Source of the DNA: Chara braunii
Taxonomy: Eukaryota; Plantae; Charophyceae
Direction of reading: 5' to 3'
Assembly: GCA_003427395.1 (NCBI GenBank)
Contig: BFEA01000027.1
Coordinates: 1,497,885-1,561,884, forward strand
DNA: 64,000 bases
The notes under the pieces were generated by a model, which did no database searches, had not been told where the DNA came from, and saw nothing but the letters and a program-made list of their open reading frames with translations. Every line of letters begins with the position of its first letter. Within the stretch, counting starts at the first letter, position 1. This document shows, one piece after another, positions 25,290-37,895 of this stretch. The position numbers were made by a program, and so were the translations under genes.

Positions 25290-25984
25290 CGTAGTTTCCC
25301 GATTGCTCTTCCCTGAATCGCCAACAGCTTCTCAGGTTTCAAGCCCAGGGGCCTCGGCCCACATGCAAGGTTTAGTAGCAGAAAATGATACTGAGCGACA
25401 CCACGGCAGGCGGGAAAATCTTGTCTGCGCGGGTCCACTTTTTTTTTCATACACACCACTGACTGGGACACTTTTGACACCGTCCCATCAGCACAGCAGG
25501 AGGGCCATCAACCACCATGACGGGTCTTCGAATTGCCACATCTGTTGAGTTGCATAAATACCCCTGCCTTCTTCACGTGTTACCGGAAGTGAGTGCTTCA
25601 CACATGGGAGTAGCCGATTCACGTTAGGCCTGCTCCGCCTGCTTCACACGTTTGTTGCCCATGTGAAGGTCTATTCTGCCCGCGAACAGATGACCGATGA
25701 GGAATTAGGGCGTTTAGTTAGCTCTAAACGTTCCGCGCCTCGCCGTGTGCTGCGCCAACATGCTTTTTGCCAATGAACACCTCCCGTTTGGGCGGGAAAG
25801 CTGCCATCTCCGCACGCTGGACTAACGACCGCTGGATGTTCTTACAATCCATGACTCGTCGTCGTCGCAAAGCTGTCGCAGCTAAACGCGACGCTGTGTA
25901 GTGGGCCGAGGCCCCAGGACTTGTCCCTGATCAAAACGTGGGAGATCTGCTTCAGCACCCCACAGCGATTGTTATGGCTGTCAA

Positions 25985-26097
25985 TACCGCGCGGGGGCGA
26001 GGTCCCACTTACACGAATCGTGACCGTAGAATAGGATAGCAAAGATCAACGGCCAGAATCTCTTAATCCGTGCGAGTGGGACCTTGCCCCGGATGGG
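25985..26097. mobile_element. MITE family C (GGGGCAAGGTCCCACT TIR)
   Basis: TIR pair; inverted second copy at 28621-28735; solo TIRs at ~27640 and ~42295. Confidence 0.78.
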
Positions 26098-26244
26098 TTG
26101 AGTTGGGTCGAGTTCCAGTGTGAAACCGGCCCCAAACTATCAGTAGGCCCACGGCGTTTCCACAGAACAACGGCGGGAGCGTATGGCTCCGGCTCCACTG
26201 TCGGACCGATCCCTACCAGAAGTAGGCATGCGTGCCTACCCTAT

Positions 26245-26366
26245 GGGCCTCGCCACACCACTCTCGAAAGGAGAAAAAGACAAAAATCTGGCGGGCGCAT
26301 CTGGCCATGTTCTAGCAGGAAGTTCATTCTCATTTTGCAGATTTCGAGAGAGGTGTGGCGATGCCC
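26245..26366. mobile_element. Tourist/PIF-Harbinger-like MITE
   Basis: GGGC.TCGCCACACC.CTCTCGAAA TIRs; 3-bp TSD TAT. Confidence 0.85.
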
Positions 26367-26805
26367 TATGGTAGGAAACCTCGGTAAAGCCGGTGGTTGT
26401 TACGCGGAGTGGCGGTGTGGTGCTCAGCCACGTTCCCATCGCTACGGTAGTGGGACCATGCTCCAGTACGCTCGCGTTCGATTCAGCATGTGATTCACTG
26501 TAAATGGCGTTCATTCTTTTCTATTTCTTTTCATTCTTTTTTATTTCTTTGTTTAATTTATTAATTATTTTTTTCAACTTTATTTTCTTTCCTTGGACCT
26601 GGATTCCCTACTCACATAAGAAAAAACTGCAAATGAGAATGAATCTTCTGGCAGAACATTCGAAAGATACATCGCCGTATCTTCTGTCTTTTGTGGATGT
26701 GGCGAGCACTGGAGCGAGGGCCAGTCTTTCGTTTTCCCTCGCTTTGTATTTTCTTCTCTCTGTGACGAGTTCGTAGCATCATATTCCGTAACCCCCGGAA
26801 AAGTC

Positions 26806-26913
26806 TACCGTCTTCCCCCGAACATAACGCACCCTGAAATTGAACGTACGCAGGCTATATTTCCGGTCCGGTGCAGCCAAGATGAGGGTGCGTTGTGTTC
26901 GGGGCAGACGGCA
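26806..26913. mobile_element. MITE subfamily A
   Basis: TA-CCGTCTTCCCCCGAACATAACGCACCC TIRs. Confidence 0.88.
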
Positions 26914-27032
26914 GCACAAGAAAGGACTATCGACGAACGGCGTCCCCGTTGGCTGCTCGAGCGGAGTAGGCCGAAGATCGCACGGCGCACCGAACCTCGG
27001 AGCTCGGTTTCTTTCTCAGTAATAGCCTAATA

Positions 27033-27154
27033 GGGTATCGCCACACTACTCTCGAAATGTGCAATATGAGGATGAACTTCGAGCTAGAACATGGCCAGAT
27101 GCAACCGCCACATTTTTGTCTTTTTCACATTTCGAGAGTGGTGTGGCGATGCCC
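27033..27154. mobile_element. Tourist/PIF-Harbinger-like MITE, inverted copy
   Basis: Same TIR and interior; TSD ATA. Confidence 0.85.
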
Positions 27155-27305
27155 ATATAGACCGTATCCTTTTTTGCTTTTCCCAGGAAAAGAAAGGCCC
27201 GGGGCATAGGAACCAATCAAATACCGGGAGCCGTGTGTTAACCGCAGAGCGTCCAGCTAGGTAGTCTAATACGTGGGCACTGACGCGGCATAATACGTGG
27301 CAGAG

Positions 27306-27405
27306 CACCGTCTTCCCCCGAACATAACGCACCCGCATTTTGCCTGTACCGGACCGGAAAGATAGGTACTCTACATTCATGATCAGGGTGCGGGGGAAGA
27401 GGGTA
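27306..27405. mobile_element. MITE subfamily A, opposite orientation
   Basis: Same TIR; interior is the reverse complement of the 25198 copy. Confidence 0.85.
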
Positions 27406-28620
27406 GGGACGGCGGGGGAATACTGTGCGGGCGGTGGCGGGAGAGGTGGGGAGCGGGGTGAGCGGTGAACCCCCACCCATTGATCATATAAAAATCTTAG
27501 CCGTCCAAATTGAAAAGTGCAGCGCTACAGCCAATGGATGACCCACATACGATAGTCTCAAGTAGCTCACACGTCACATAAGATAGTGCAGCGGCGAACA
27601 CGACAACACATGTCGAAGAGAAGAGTAGAGTCTCTCCCGGGCCCAAGTCCCACTTTCCCGAATTCCTGATTTCTGACAGGATATATATATATATGTATGT
27701 TTTTTTTTTTTTTTTGGGATTATGACAGTAGATTACGAAGATCCACGGCCGGAAACGAAGAATCGCGCAAGCGGGACTTGGTGAAAGTATCAACCAATAT
27801 TATCAATCATTTCTGCCTATAGATTGTGATAGATTGCGAAGATCAAACCGCGCAGGTAGAAAAAAAAAAAAACAAAAAAAAAAACCGCGCAGGTAGACCC
27901 GGCCCCAGACAGTTCAGGTGATATATAGTCCAACAAGCCTTACGCCATAACTCCGCGGCCTCGCTACCTGTAGTTTTTTTTTTTTTTCCCTTTCTTTCGG
28001 GAAGCTACCCGTAGTTTAGTAACCGCCTACCGTAGTTTAGGCCAAGTTTTTTCACGGCCGTAACTGTGCGCGGGACGTTCTCCATCGCCGCGCCAAGGTG
28101 ATTTTTTTTTTTTTTTTTTTTTCCCCTTTTTGAAAGGGCGATGGCCTTGAGCGCCAAGGTGAATTCGAGGGAGGGATGTAAAAAAAAGTAAAAATTCGAG
28201 GGAGAGAGGAATGGAAATTCCCAAGTCACGCTGCCATGCTGTCTGGTCGAATTGCTGGCAGTGGTCGATGCCTGGGGGCTGAGGTCTCACTAGCAAAGAG
28301 GGGTGGATTAAGCGCCTGAATCTGGATGGGTTTTGCAATGCGGAGAACCAGTTTCAATCGCGACTTTCAGCACCTCTCCAAAAACGCGTCCACATTCAGG
28401 CGTTAAATCCAACCCTCTTTGCTAGCCGGTAGGGTGGGAGTTCTGTCACATAGGCAGACAGAGTGCCCAGCTTCGTATCGTACCTTGTTGGCACGATCCT
28501 AGCGCCAGTGGGCCTTGGGCGGCACACTGTTCTGTTCTGTGCTGCTGGTGCATGCTGACAGGTGTCTTGGGAAATCTTGGGAAAGTCGTCGTTCCTTTCC
28601 AAATCCCCCCCCACCGTAGC

Positions 28621-28735
28621 GGTACTCGGGGGCAAGGTCCCACTTGCGCACATCAGGAGATTTCGGCCGTTGATCTTTGTTATCTACGGTCGCTATCTCT
28701 TAATTCGTGCAAGTGGGACCTAGCCCCAGGAGGGA
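28621..28735. mobile_element. MITE family C
   Basis: GGGGCAAGGTCCCACTTGC...GCAAGTGGGACCTAGCCCC. Confidence 0.78.
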
Positions 28736-28752
28736 AAACAGAAAAAAAACAG

Positions 28753-28874
28753 GTCCTTCGGGACATCCGTTAAAATTGGAACGATACAGAGAAGATTTTT
28801 TTTTATTTTTTTTTTTATTTTTTTTTGATACAGAGAAGATTAGCATTGCGGAAGGATGACACGCATAAATCGAG
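28753..28874 (+). pseudogene. U6: U6 snRNA retrocopy, 3'-truncated, with an internal poly(T) insertion
   Basis: GTCCTTCGGGACATCCGTTAAAATTGGAACGATACAGAGAAGATT...GGATGACACGCATAAATCGAG; flanked by GAAAAAAA(A)CAG direct repeats. Confidence 0.93.
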
Positions 28875-31696
28875 GAAAAAAACAGAAAGAAAGGTAAGGT
28901 AAGGAAGTAAAAAAGGGACCACTGCACAACACACTCACCCGCATGGTGGCTTTGGGTTTTCAGCGGCCTTTCATACGACCACGGAGTCGAAAATTCGTGG
29001 AAAGCACAAGGCGGGTAAAGGCGGCGTTTCAGGTGCAGTAGAGGGACGCTGTGTGAACGGAAAGGGCGGGGAAACCGGTTTGGTGAGGCAGCGCGTGCGA
29101 ATTTTCGTACGTTTCACCTCACCGTGCTGTTCTTGTTCGCGCTCTTTGACTGCACGCGTTCATCCTTGTGGTGGCTTTTTGTGGCCATGTGTGCAGCGCC
29201 AAAAAAAAAAGGAAACCGCAATCGGTCTCGTAGCTATCCGTGTGCATGTCCGTCTATAGGTCTGATGGGCTGATGGACTACTGTAGTGATAGTGAGATTC
29301 GTCGTGCAAGATAAACCGTGGCGGCAAAGGTGAAACTCTCACGTTGAGGCTGAGTTGGAAGGGGAAATTGTGCTGGTGAAGGGTGTGGAAAGAGAAAGAA
29401 GGCGGGTGTATGTACGAGACTTCACTCAAGGGTGGAGGATCGGCATTCTATAGAGGGAGTGCAGCGTCAGTGCAAGTGTTTCCCATTCTCTCTCTCTCTC
29501 TCACTCTCTCTCTCTCTCTCNNNNNNNNNNNNNNNNNNNNNNNNNNNNNNNNNNNNNNNNNNNNNNNNNNNNNNNNNNNNNNNNNNNNNNNNNNNNNNNN
29601 NNNNNNNNNNNNNNNNNNNNNNNNNNNNNNNNNNNNNNNNNNNNNNNNNNNNNNNNNNNNNNNNNNNNNNNNNNNNNNNNNNNNNNNNNNNNNNNNNNNN
29701 NNNNNNNNNNNNNNNNNNNNNNNNNNNNNNNNNNNNNNNNNNNNNNNNNNNNNNNNNNNNNNNNNNNNNNNNNNNNNNNNNNNNNNNNNNNNNNNNNNNN
29801 NNNNNNNNNNNNNNNNNNNNNNNNNNNNNNNNNNNNNNNNNNNNNNNNNNNNNNNNNNNNNNNNNNNNNNNNNNNNNNNNNNNNNNNNNNNNNNNNNNNN
29901 NNNNNNNNNNNNNNNNNNNNNNNNNNNNNNNNNNNNNNNNNNNNNNNNNNNNNNNNNNNNNNNNNNNNNNNNNNNNNNNNNNNNNNNNNNNNNNNNNNNN
30001 NNNNNNNNNNNNNNNNNNNNNNNNNNNNNNNNNNNNNNNNNNNNNNNNNNNNNNNNNNNNNNNNNNNNNNNNNNNNNNNNNNNNNNNNNNNNNNNNNNNN
30101 NNNNNNNNNNNNNNNNNNNNNNNNNNNNNNNNNNNNNNNNNNNNNNNNNNNNNNNNNNNNNNNNNNNNNNNNNNNNNNNNNNNNNNNNNNNNNNNNNNNN
30201 NNNNNNNNNNCTCTCCCCTCCCTTCCCCTCCCCCGTCTTCCTCTCTCCTCCCCCCGTCCTTCTACCCGCCCCCGCTGATTCTGTGTTGAATGCTGGCGCG
30301 CACGCATGCACAAAGTGCCACAAACATATAAGAACACAGAGATCAACACTTGCGCGCACCACTCGCATACAGATAAAACTCGCTCTTGCGATTTCGTTAC
30401 CAGTTTGTATTAGCTCCGCTCGCGTAAAGGTGCGGCATCTGTTGTGTCGGGGCCCCTTTTTTGACTTTTTCTTTCAGTCTTTGTTGTGTGATCGGCGGCG
30501 TGAATGATGGAGATGCAGGGAAATGAACGTTTATCAGGCATCCTGATTTGCGTTGGTGGCTGATTGGTGATTGCGATTGGTTGGCAGGTAGACCGGAAGG
30601 AAGAGGCAGCATTGCCTGCCGTCAATGGAGAGGAGGGAAGGTGGTTGCTTGATTGAAGTCCCTTCCGCGGGAACGCGGCCCTCGTGGAGCAAGCTGAGTG
30701 CGGGATGCCCAGCTGCTGTAAGCTTTCACTGTGCCAATCAGAGAAGCCGCAGCAGGACGTTATGATCGGTTTCCCTGGCGCGCTTGGTGCTTTTCAGTCC
30801 CGACTGTAGCGGGTTTGCAGGGAGGAGGAGGAGGAGGAGGAGGAGGAAGAGGGAGAAGGGAAAGGAGGAGGAATAGGAGCCGGATAAAGTGCAGATCAAC
30901 GAGACGAGGGTATCAGGAGGCGCGCGTGGTCGCGATTGGCAAAAAGAAGATGGCGGTGAGAGGGGGGCAGTTAAGGAAGCAGAGGTGGAGAGGGGTGAAC
31001 TACGGAGAAAAGAGGTGGTGGCTGGAACGAGAGCATAAGAGGGGGGGGTATTGGGGGAGCAGTGTATTCCATGGAGAGCGTCGGCATGTGGAGCTATAGA
31101 TCGCAGTGTTGTCGCGATCGGGATCTCCGTCTGGTGGTTGAGAGGTCTGTTCTTGGGTGTCCCGACATCATAAGAATTTCGTTGCCAGAAAGGGGGAGGA
31201 GGTGGAGGTGGTTCCGTGAAGAAGGGCAATGGGAGGAGAAGGGAAAGGAGTTAGACAGTACTGAAAGGAATTGGTGGCAGGCGTTGGGAGGTGGTAGAAG
31301 AGGGCGGCCAGGGAAGTGAGTGAGAGGGTAATAAACAATGGAGCTGCCAGGGAGTGGCACGGCCACCGAAGGCGAGGCGGGCCGGGGCCGCGACCTCCGC
31401 ACGTATTCGTTGACCTCCTTGCAGATCGGGTACGTTTCCATTTTCCTTTTTTCTCCTTCATTGGTTGCTTTGCAATCCCCCGTCCACTGGTAGAGGTAGA
31501 GCAGAAGGGTGGAGGGTTGGGGGGGGTGTTGGGTTTTGCTTGTCCTCTGAGACTAGTATAAAGATGATAGGACACGCACCAAGATAACTGAATGTGGGGT
31601 CATGTATTGGAAAATTTCCTCCAATTCTCTTGGCGCATGCCCAGTCATTGTCACACACGCACATATGTACACAAACACACCAAAAAGGAGGCGGGG

Positions 31697-31769
<73 letters not shown>

Positions 31770-31789
31770 AGAGAGAGAGAGAGAGAGAG

Positions 31790-31888
31790 AGTAATGTGCG
31801 ACTGTATCTCCTCGGATCCGTTGACACCTGCGCATTAACTCCAGATTGCTGAGGCATGGACCTCCCCCTCAGCGTGTGCGCACGCGCG

Positions 31889-31926
<38 letters not shown>

Positions 31927-32017
31927 AGTCATTTGCGTTTATATCTCCTCGGATCCGTTGACACCTGCGCACTGTCTCCAGATGGTTGAGACATGGACCT
32001 CCCCCTTAGCGCGCGCT

Positions 32018-32056
<39 letters not shown>

Positions 32057-32144
32057 GAGAGAGTAATGTGCGACTGTATCTTCTCGGATCCGTTGACACC
32101 TGCGCAGTCTCCAGATGGCTGAGGCATGGACCTCCGCCGCAGAG

Positions 32145-32180
<36 letters not shown>
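31790..32180 (+). repeat. Three ~135-bp tandem units, each ending in (GC)n(GA)n
   Basis: TCGGATCCGTTGACACCTGCGCA...CATGGACCTCC three times. Confidence 0.92.
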
Positions 32181-32181
<1 letters not shown>

Positions 32182-32968
32182 TTCCGCGTCGATCGCTGGG
32201 CGGCGTAAACAGGTGTTACGCGCCTACGTCAGGGATCGGGGTGGATTGATTGTTGCTTAACATCAGCGATAGGCAGTTTGTGAAGACTGTTGCTTAACAT
32301 CAGCGATAGGCAGTTTGTGAAGACTGGCCAGCTTCAATCTCCAGCCAGTAGGTGAAAGTTCTACGGACGAGCTTGTTGGTGCGCCTTTGTTGCCGAATGT
32401 CCTTCTGCATCTGACAGTGTATACGTCTATGTACAGGAGAGAGATTTTTTTCCCCCTGGATTTTATCCTTCATTATGAAATCATCTTCTCGGATGCTTCC
32501 TTTGCGTTGGAATGTGTAGCTTGTGTTTCCCCCTCCTTTTTCTCTCTTTACTTTCTCATTTCTTTGGTGTCCCCTCAAAACTCTTATTTAAGCAGGAGCT
32601 CCCCGTCTGCTTTCTCTTGTTGCCTTTTTCTGTTTTTTTTTGGCCGTTTGTGTGCCCGCGTGTGTCTGGCTTTGTGAGGATTAAATCCACAAACGCAGAA
32701 TTGGTATTTGAATTTCTTAGCACTCTGGAGTCTTTCTTGGGATAGCGACGACGATCGGTTTGAGAAGCATGAATGGGCGATGTGATCATTGATTATGGAT
32801 TTGAGAGGAAACGCTGGTCGGTACGTTTATATGTCGTCGCGCGTTGTCGAGTAGTACTATAACTGATGCAGTAAGTAGTTCTTTTTTTTCCCCATTAATA
32901 AGTAAATTGAGGCGATGAATTAGGGTTGTCCTCCGGATCCCTACCCCTTCCCAGTCATCTTTGTCCCC

Positions 32969-33079
32969 TACCATCTTCACCCGAATAGAACGCCGGGTCA
33001 TTATAACTTTATCTGGACTGAACATTACACCAAATACGGCTATAATGATCGGGTGTGCTATTCGGCTGAAAAGACGCTA
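32969..33079. mobile_element. MITE subfamily B
   Basis: TA-CCATCTTCACCCGAATAGAAC TIR; interior shared with the 38769, 40586, 60345 and 60559 copies. Confidence 0.8.
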
Positions 33080-33867
33080 GTTCTTCGTTCTCATCGGTCT
33101 TTCTGTTTCTTGATTGTCTCCTTCCTCGTCTGTCTTTTCGTTCTTTATTTATTTTCTTTTAAGATCCAGGTCGTTCTGTTGGACGCCCCCACACTCCTCT
33201 CCAATCCGATGGCTCCTTTGGCTCCATTCGTTTGCTTCTCGGTCGGGATCGGGATTGACAATGACAACGCTTGCCTTCCCCGATCTCCCAAATGGATGGA
33301 CCAGTGTGTGATCTCGTCCGCTGATGATGAACGCGACTTCGGGCGTCGCCGCACGGGACACGAAACGAAAAACGAAACGAGTGCCATCTTCCTGCAGAAA
33401 ATGGCCAGGCTCACCGGTTTGCTATTGATAGTAACGAGTGTACTTCGCCACCTTTCGTGGGCAGATGCACTCGTTTCGTTTTCGTTTCGTGTGCCGTGCG
33501 GCGGGACCCTTCGTTTCGTTCTTGATGTCGTGGCATTGCGGTGAGCAGACATCACATCCCTTAGGACGCAATGGGGTGAGAAAGGGCTATATATTCCCAT
33601 TTTTCCCAACGCTGAGAAAGGTAGTGGTGGTTTACGGAGGTAGGTAGAGCGCCTTGAACTCCTCGGTGGAATGAAGACTCAGGTCTTTAGTCTCGAAGCC
33701 CACCCCCATCTTCTTCACTCATTCCGCGTAGGTGGTCGCTGGGGAGGTGCATACGATAGCGAAAAGAAGAGAGGTTAGTAGAACAAGAAAGCTATGGCTG
33801 AGTGTGATCATCGGGCGTTGGCTATGAATTCGCACAGGAGGCTTCAGAAATAGTAATAGAGAAGTTG

Positions 33868-33910
<43 letters not shown>

Positions 33911-34254
33911 ACTCGCCACTCTCTCTCTCTCTCTCTTCACTCGCCACTCTCATCTGTCCTCCCTTCTCCTCCCTCATCTCTCGTCACTCATTCCCCCGTT
34001 GCAAATACCATCCCCCTCATCCCTTAGGCCTTGAGCAAATACACCCCTTTAGGCGTTCGATATGAAGAGGTCTGAAAAAGAGTAGTCGTCGATCCCACCC
34101 CTTAGGCATGGAGGTGGCAGCGCTGTCCTCGTAGTAATAAAGTTTTGTATTAATTTCTGGGACGGGGTTTGGTTGCCCCATGTTTTTTTTTTTTTTTGTC
34201 TTGTCTAAATGACGGTAGGCCGAGCGCTTTGGCGCCGTGTGTATAATTTCTGGA

Positions 34255-34285
34255 GCGTATACTCTAACCAACTGAGTTATAGGCC
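34255..34285 (-). pseudogene. 5' half of an organellar tRNA, probably Ile
   Basis: GGCCTATAACTCAGTTGGTTAGAGTATACGC; truncated before the anticodon. Confidence 0.6.
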
Positions 34286-34352
34286 ATGCTTGGAAAGACA
34301 GACTTGAACTCTCAACCCCCAAATCCGTAGTTTGGTCCTTCGGGACATCCGT

Positions 34353-34384
<32 letters not shown>

Positions 34385-34451
34385 GGCCCCTGCGCAAGGA
34401 TGACACGCAAATCCGCAGTTTGGTGCTCTTATCCAATTGAGCTACAAGCAC
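34286..34451 (-). pseudogene. trnR: Organellar (mitochondrial-type) tRNA-Arg(ACG) pseudogene split by U6
   Basis: Removing U6 and one TSD gives GTGCTTGTAGCTCAATTGGATAAGAGCACCAAACTACGGATTTGGGGGTTGAGAGTTCAAG...CAAGCAT. Confidence 0.88.
34335..34408 (+). pseudogene. U6: U6 snRNA tailless retrocopy (about nt 1-75)
   Basis: Near-perfect U6 including the ACAGAGA box and GCATGGCCCCTGCGCAAGGATGAC; 16-bp TSD. Confidence 0.96.
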
Positions 34452-34459
34452 ATTCATTC

Positions 34460-34532
34460 GTCCCTCTCGTCTAGGGGTATAGGACATCGCTTTTTGATGG
34501 CGAAGACACGGGTTCAAATCCCGTAAGGGATA
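34460..34532 (+). tRNA. trnE: Mitochondrial-type tRNA-Glu copy, likely pseudogene (anticodon loop reads TTG rather than TTC)
   Basis: GTCCCTCTCGTCTAGGGGTATAGGACATCGC...GGGTTCAAATCCCGTAAGGGATA cloverleaf. Confidence 0.8.
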
Positions 34533-35214
34533 TATATGATATGATATCTATCATATCAAAGGGCCAGGTCAGGCGGGTCACACTACCGAAGCCTATCAGT
34601 TGCATTAATTTAATTAACAAAAAACAACGGCTTTTATGGTGTGGCTGTGATAGAAAGATCGAAATCATCGAATTAGAAAATGGAGGATCTGACGAACGGC
34701 GTTTTTTGTTGTCCGTCCATCGAACAGGAAAAAAACGGAAATTAGAGAAAAAGTACAATACTGTGTAGCCGGATTGAAAAAAAAAAAAAAAAAAAAAACT
34801 GTGTAGCAGAACGTCAAGAGAAGTCGAGAAGCTTGTTAATTTTCGTCCAGGCGGGGGAGAAGCCGGCAGGGAGAGCGGGATGAAGCGCGTTTCTTGTCGA
34901 TTTTGTTGTTGTTTCCCTGTTGCCCTCCCCATCGATTTGACACGAGGACGCGTGTATTTTTTTTTGACACGAGGACGCGTGAGCAAGGGGACAACCCCCC
35001 GATCCAAACAGTTGGTAGTGGGCAGCGTTTGTCAAGAACTGATGAGAAAAAGGGAAGCGAACGACTTGTGTCAATTCCCCCTCCCTCCCCCTTGCCACTC
35101 CTCAATTCCCCCTCCCCCTCCTTACCCCTCCTCTCGTAAGGGGTCCTCGATGTAAGTAGAGAGTGCTGGGCGCCGTGCTTGTATGGGTTACGTATAGCGT
35201 GTTTTCCCTCGTAA

Positions 35215-35245
<31 letters not shown>

Positions 35246-35306
35246 CGCCCTTACTGTTTATCTTCGATATACAATGGTGTGTTTCGCTATCCTTGCTCTC
35301 TCTTAG

Positions 35307-35353
<47 letters not shown>

Positions 35354-35796
35354 TGGTGGAAGACCTGCTCTTCATCATAAGGACCAAATTACGTCACGGA
35401 AGTGTGGAAGAGGGTTCAGGGTATTCATGTCTCTCTACCCATGCTGCTGCGTTTGTTTGTTTGTTTGTTTGTTTGTTTGTTTTTTTGGGAACCATCTCTT
35501 GTGGGTGCTAGCGGTGTTGATGAAAGCAAATCAATGTCACTACCCCAAGGGAGACATCTATTGGTGCGGATTATGATAAAGGCAAGAAGTCTCATTAATT
35601 GAGTATTTGCAGTAAGCCGAGTGTCCATTATCGGAAGGTCGTCGCTGACCTTGATCTCCACTCGTCGGATTCGGATTCTGCATCGCAGAATCTCAGTCCT
35701 GCTAACCTCGAAGTGGCATCCGCACCTGAAGCGCAATCTGCGTTCTCGTCCAACCCGACAGTTGGAATCCCATTTCGGGATGATATCGTTGATTAC

Positions 35797-35916
35797 TGGA
35801 ATTATTAAGTTGTTGATTAATGGAATTATTAAGTTGTTGATTAATGGAATTATTAAGTTGTTGATTCATGGAATTATTAAGCTGTAGATTAATGGAATTA
35901 TTAAGTTGTAGATTAA
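35797..35916 (+). repeat. 24-bp minisatellite, five copies
   Basis: TGGAATTATTAAGTTGTTGATTAA. Confidence 0.95.
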
Positions 35917-36149
35917 AGGAAAGAAATTGTTACCTCATTTGGAACTACGTGAAGCAAGTCGTACAGAGAAAGGAGAGCGGGGGGACGGCGGGTCATCCTG
36001 GCTGGTGAGTGCACACGGTAGCTAGCCCTATCAAGAAGCGATGGTGGCAGTAGGCACGCTCTCGCTCTCCCATTTCGTCGTGCAGGCTGGAAGAATTAAA
36101 GTATTATGGCGGCAAACAAGCGAAGAACCACTGGAATTAATGCCCTGTT

Positions 36150-36181
36150 TGATGATGATGGTGATGAGGATGAGGATGATG

Positions 36182-36250
<69 letters not shown>

Positions 36251-37260
36251 TGTTTAAGATGGTAACTGACATAGATGACTCGAAACTCACATAATGACAG
36301 AATGAAAGGTATTGAAGTGTGTTTCTGTCAAAAAAAGAAAGAAAAAAAAAGGAATTGTGTATCTGTCCCAGCGGTAGGCGATCCCGAGGTAGATGAGCTC
36401 TCCTGTCTTTTGTTACGGATCGCGCCTTCCATCTCAGGGAAGAGTTTTCCATGATTAATGAGCGATCTATTATGGTCCTCATCGTCATCATCGTCCTCAT
36501 CGTCGTCATTATCATTCTCATCATCGGCATGATTATGATCGTCATCGTCGTCACGGTCAGTGATTTTCTATACTAATCATCTCATCATTATCATCATCAT
36601 CCTCATCCTCATCATCGGCATCACTATCATCGTCATCAGCATCATTATTCTCGTCATCGTTGTCATGGCCAGGCATTCTGCGTCATCATCATACGATAAT
36701 AATCATCGTTAGTACGATAGTTATCGTCATCGTCATCGATATGAACGTCATCATTATCATACGGTAGTATGATCATCTTCAGTACGATAGTTATCTTCGT
36801 CGTCATCGATATCAGCGTCATCATGATTTTGATGTCGTAATGTTTTGCACTTCTTTTTTTGTTGCCGTGACAATTGTTGTGATCATCCTGGTACTGCTCA
36901 TCGCATCACCAAAGGTGAGGCATTTTTACTGTCCTTTTTTTATTGTTAATCGTCATTTTCGTCATTTTCGTGACTTTCGTCATCGATATCAGCGTCATCA
37001 TTATTTTGATGTTTTAATGTTTTGCACTTTTTTTTTTGGTTGCCGTGACAATTGTGGTGACCATCCTGGTACTGCTCATCGCATCACCAAAGGTGCGGCA
37101 TTTTTACTGTCCTTTTTATTGTTAATCGTCATTTTCGTCATTTTCGTCATTTTCGTGACTTTCGTCATTTTCGTCATTTTCGTCATTTTCGTCATTTTCG
37201 TCATTTTCGTGACTTTCGTCATTTTTGTGACTTTCGTCATTTTCGTGACTTTCGTCACAG
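36150..37260. repeat. (GAT)n/(CAT)n microsatellites, a ~175-bp duplication and a 9-bp (CGTCATTTT)n array
   Basis: Direct inspection. Confidence 0.9.
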
Positions 37261-37589
37261 GTGGTGTCATCGTCACCAGTCGACCATCATCGTCATCTCT
37301 TTCTCACCCTCGTTATTATCAGGATTATTGTCCTGACCAAGATCGTCGTCCTCATCGTTTTCTTCGCCGTGATCGTTAATAATGATAGTTAGCAGTATCG
37401 ACATGACTGGAAATAGAAATGATGAATCTGTGTGGTTGCGTTACAGTTTTTATCTTTTTTTTGTTATTATATAATAAATATATACAAGAGTAATTCGGCA
37501 ACGCGCGTAATGATTACTCACGTTCGTTTTGTTGTCGAACGGCCTGAGTCGTGAAAATGACCGCGTTACCTAAGTTCTTTTCGGCGGCT

Positions 37590-37790
37590 TGATTCTCGAT
37601 GACGTCGTCTCCTCGTGTGCGTGCCCGTAAGTCGTGAAAATGACGGCGTTACCTGTGTCCTCGATTCTTGATGACGTCATTTTTTTTCATTTTCGCGTCG
37701 CTGAACGGGGCCACAGTTGAAAGCGCTGGGGGCCGGGGGGGGGGGCGGAAGACTCCGCTGATGACGTCGTCCATTTGGCGCGAGAATTAC
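37590..37790. promoter_or_regulatory. Candidate promoter: clustered TGACG(T) motifs plus an E2F-like TTTGGCGCG
   Basis: ATGACGTC at ~37599, 37671 and 37761; TTTGGCGCG at 37774; CT-rich UTR-like sequence follows at 38375. Confidence 0.3.
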
Positions 37791-37895
37791 TATGTTGCCT
37801 GCGAATGTCATCCTTTCGAGCGCGTGCGAGAGTTAGCGATGATACCGCAATCAGTGATGAGAGGAAGAAGAGGGTTGTGTGCTGCGTAGGCAGAT

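Noticed and set aside
34335-34408. Functional U6 gene
   Set aside because: Lacks the 3' ~25 nt, upstream USE/TATA and terminator, and is bounded by a TSD.
35797-35916. CRISPR-like 24-bp repeats
   Set aside because: Head-to-tail minisatellite without spacers.
33169-36261. Possible second host gene (exon-like pieces at ~33169, ~35612 and poly-Asp 36106-36261)
   Set aside because: No recognisable domain or consistent spliced frame; the poly-Asp is a (GAT)n microsatellite. RNA-seq would be needed.
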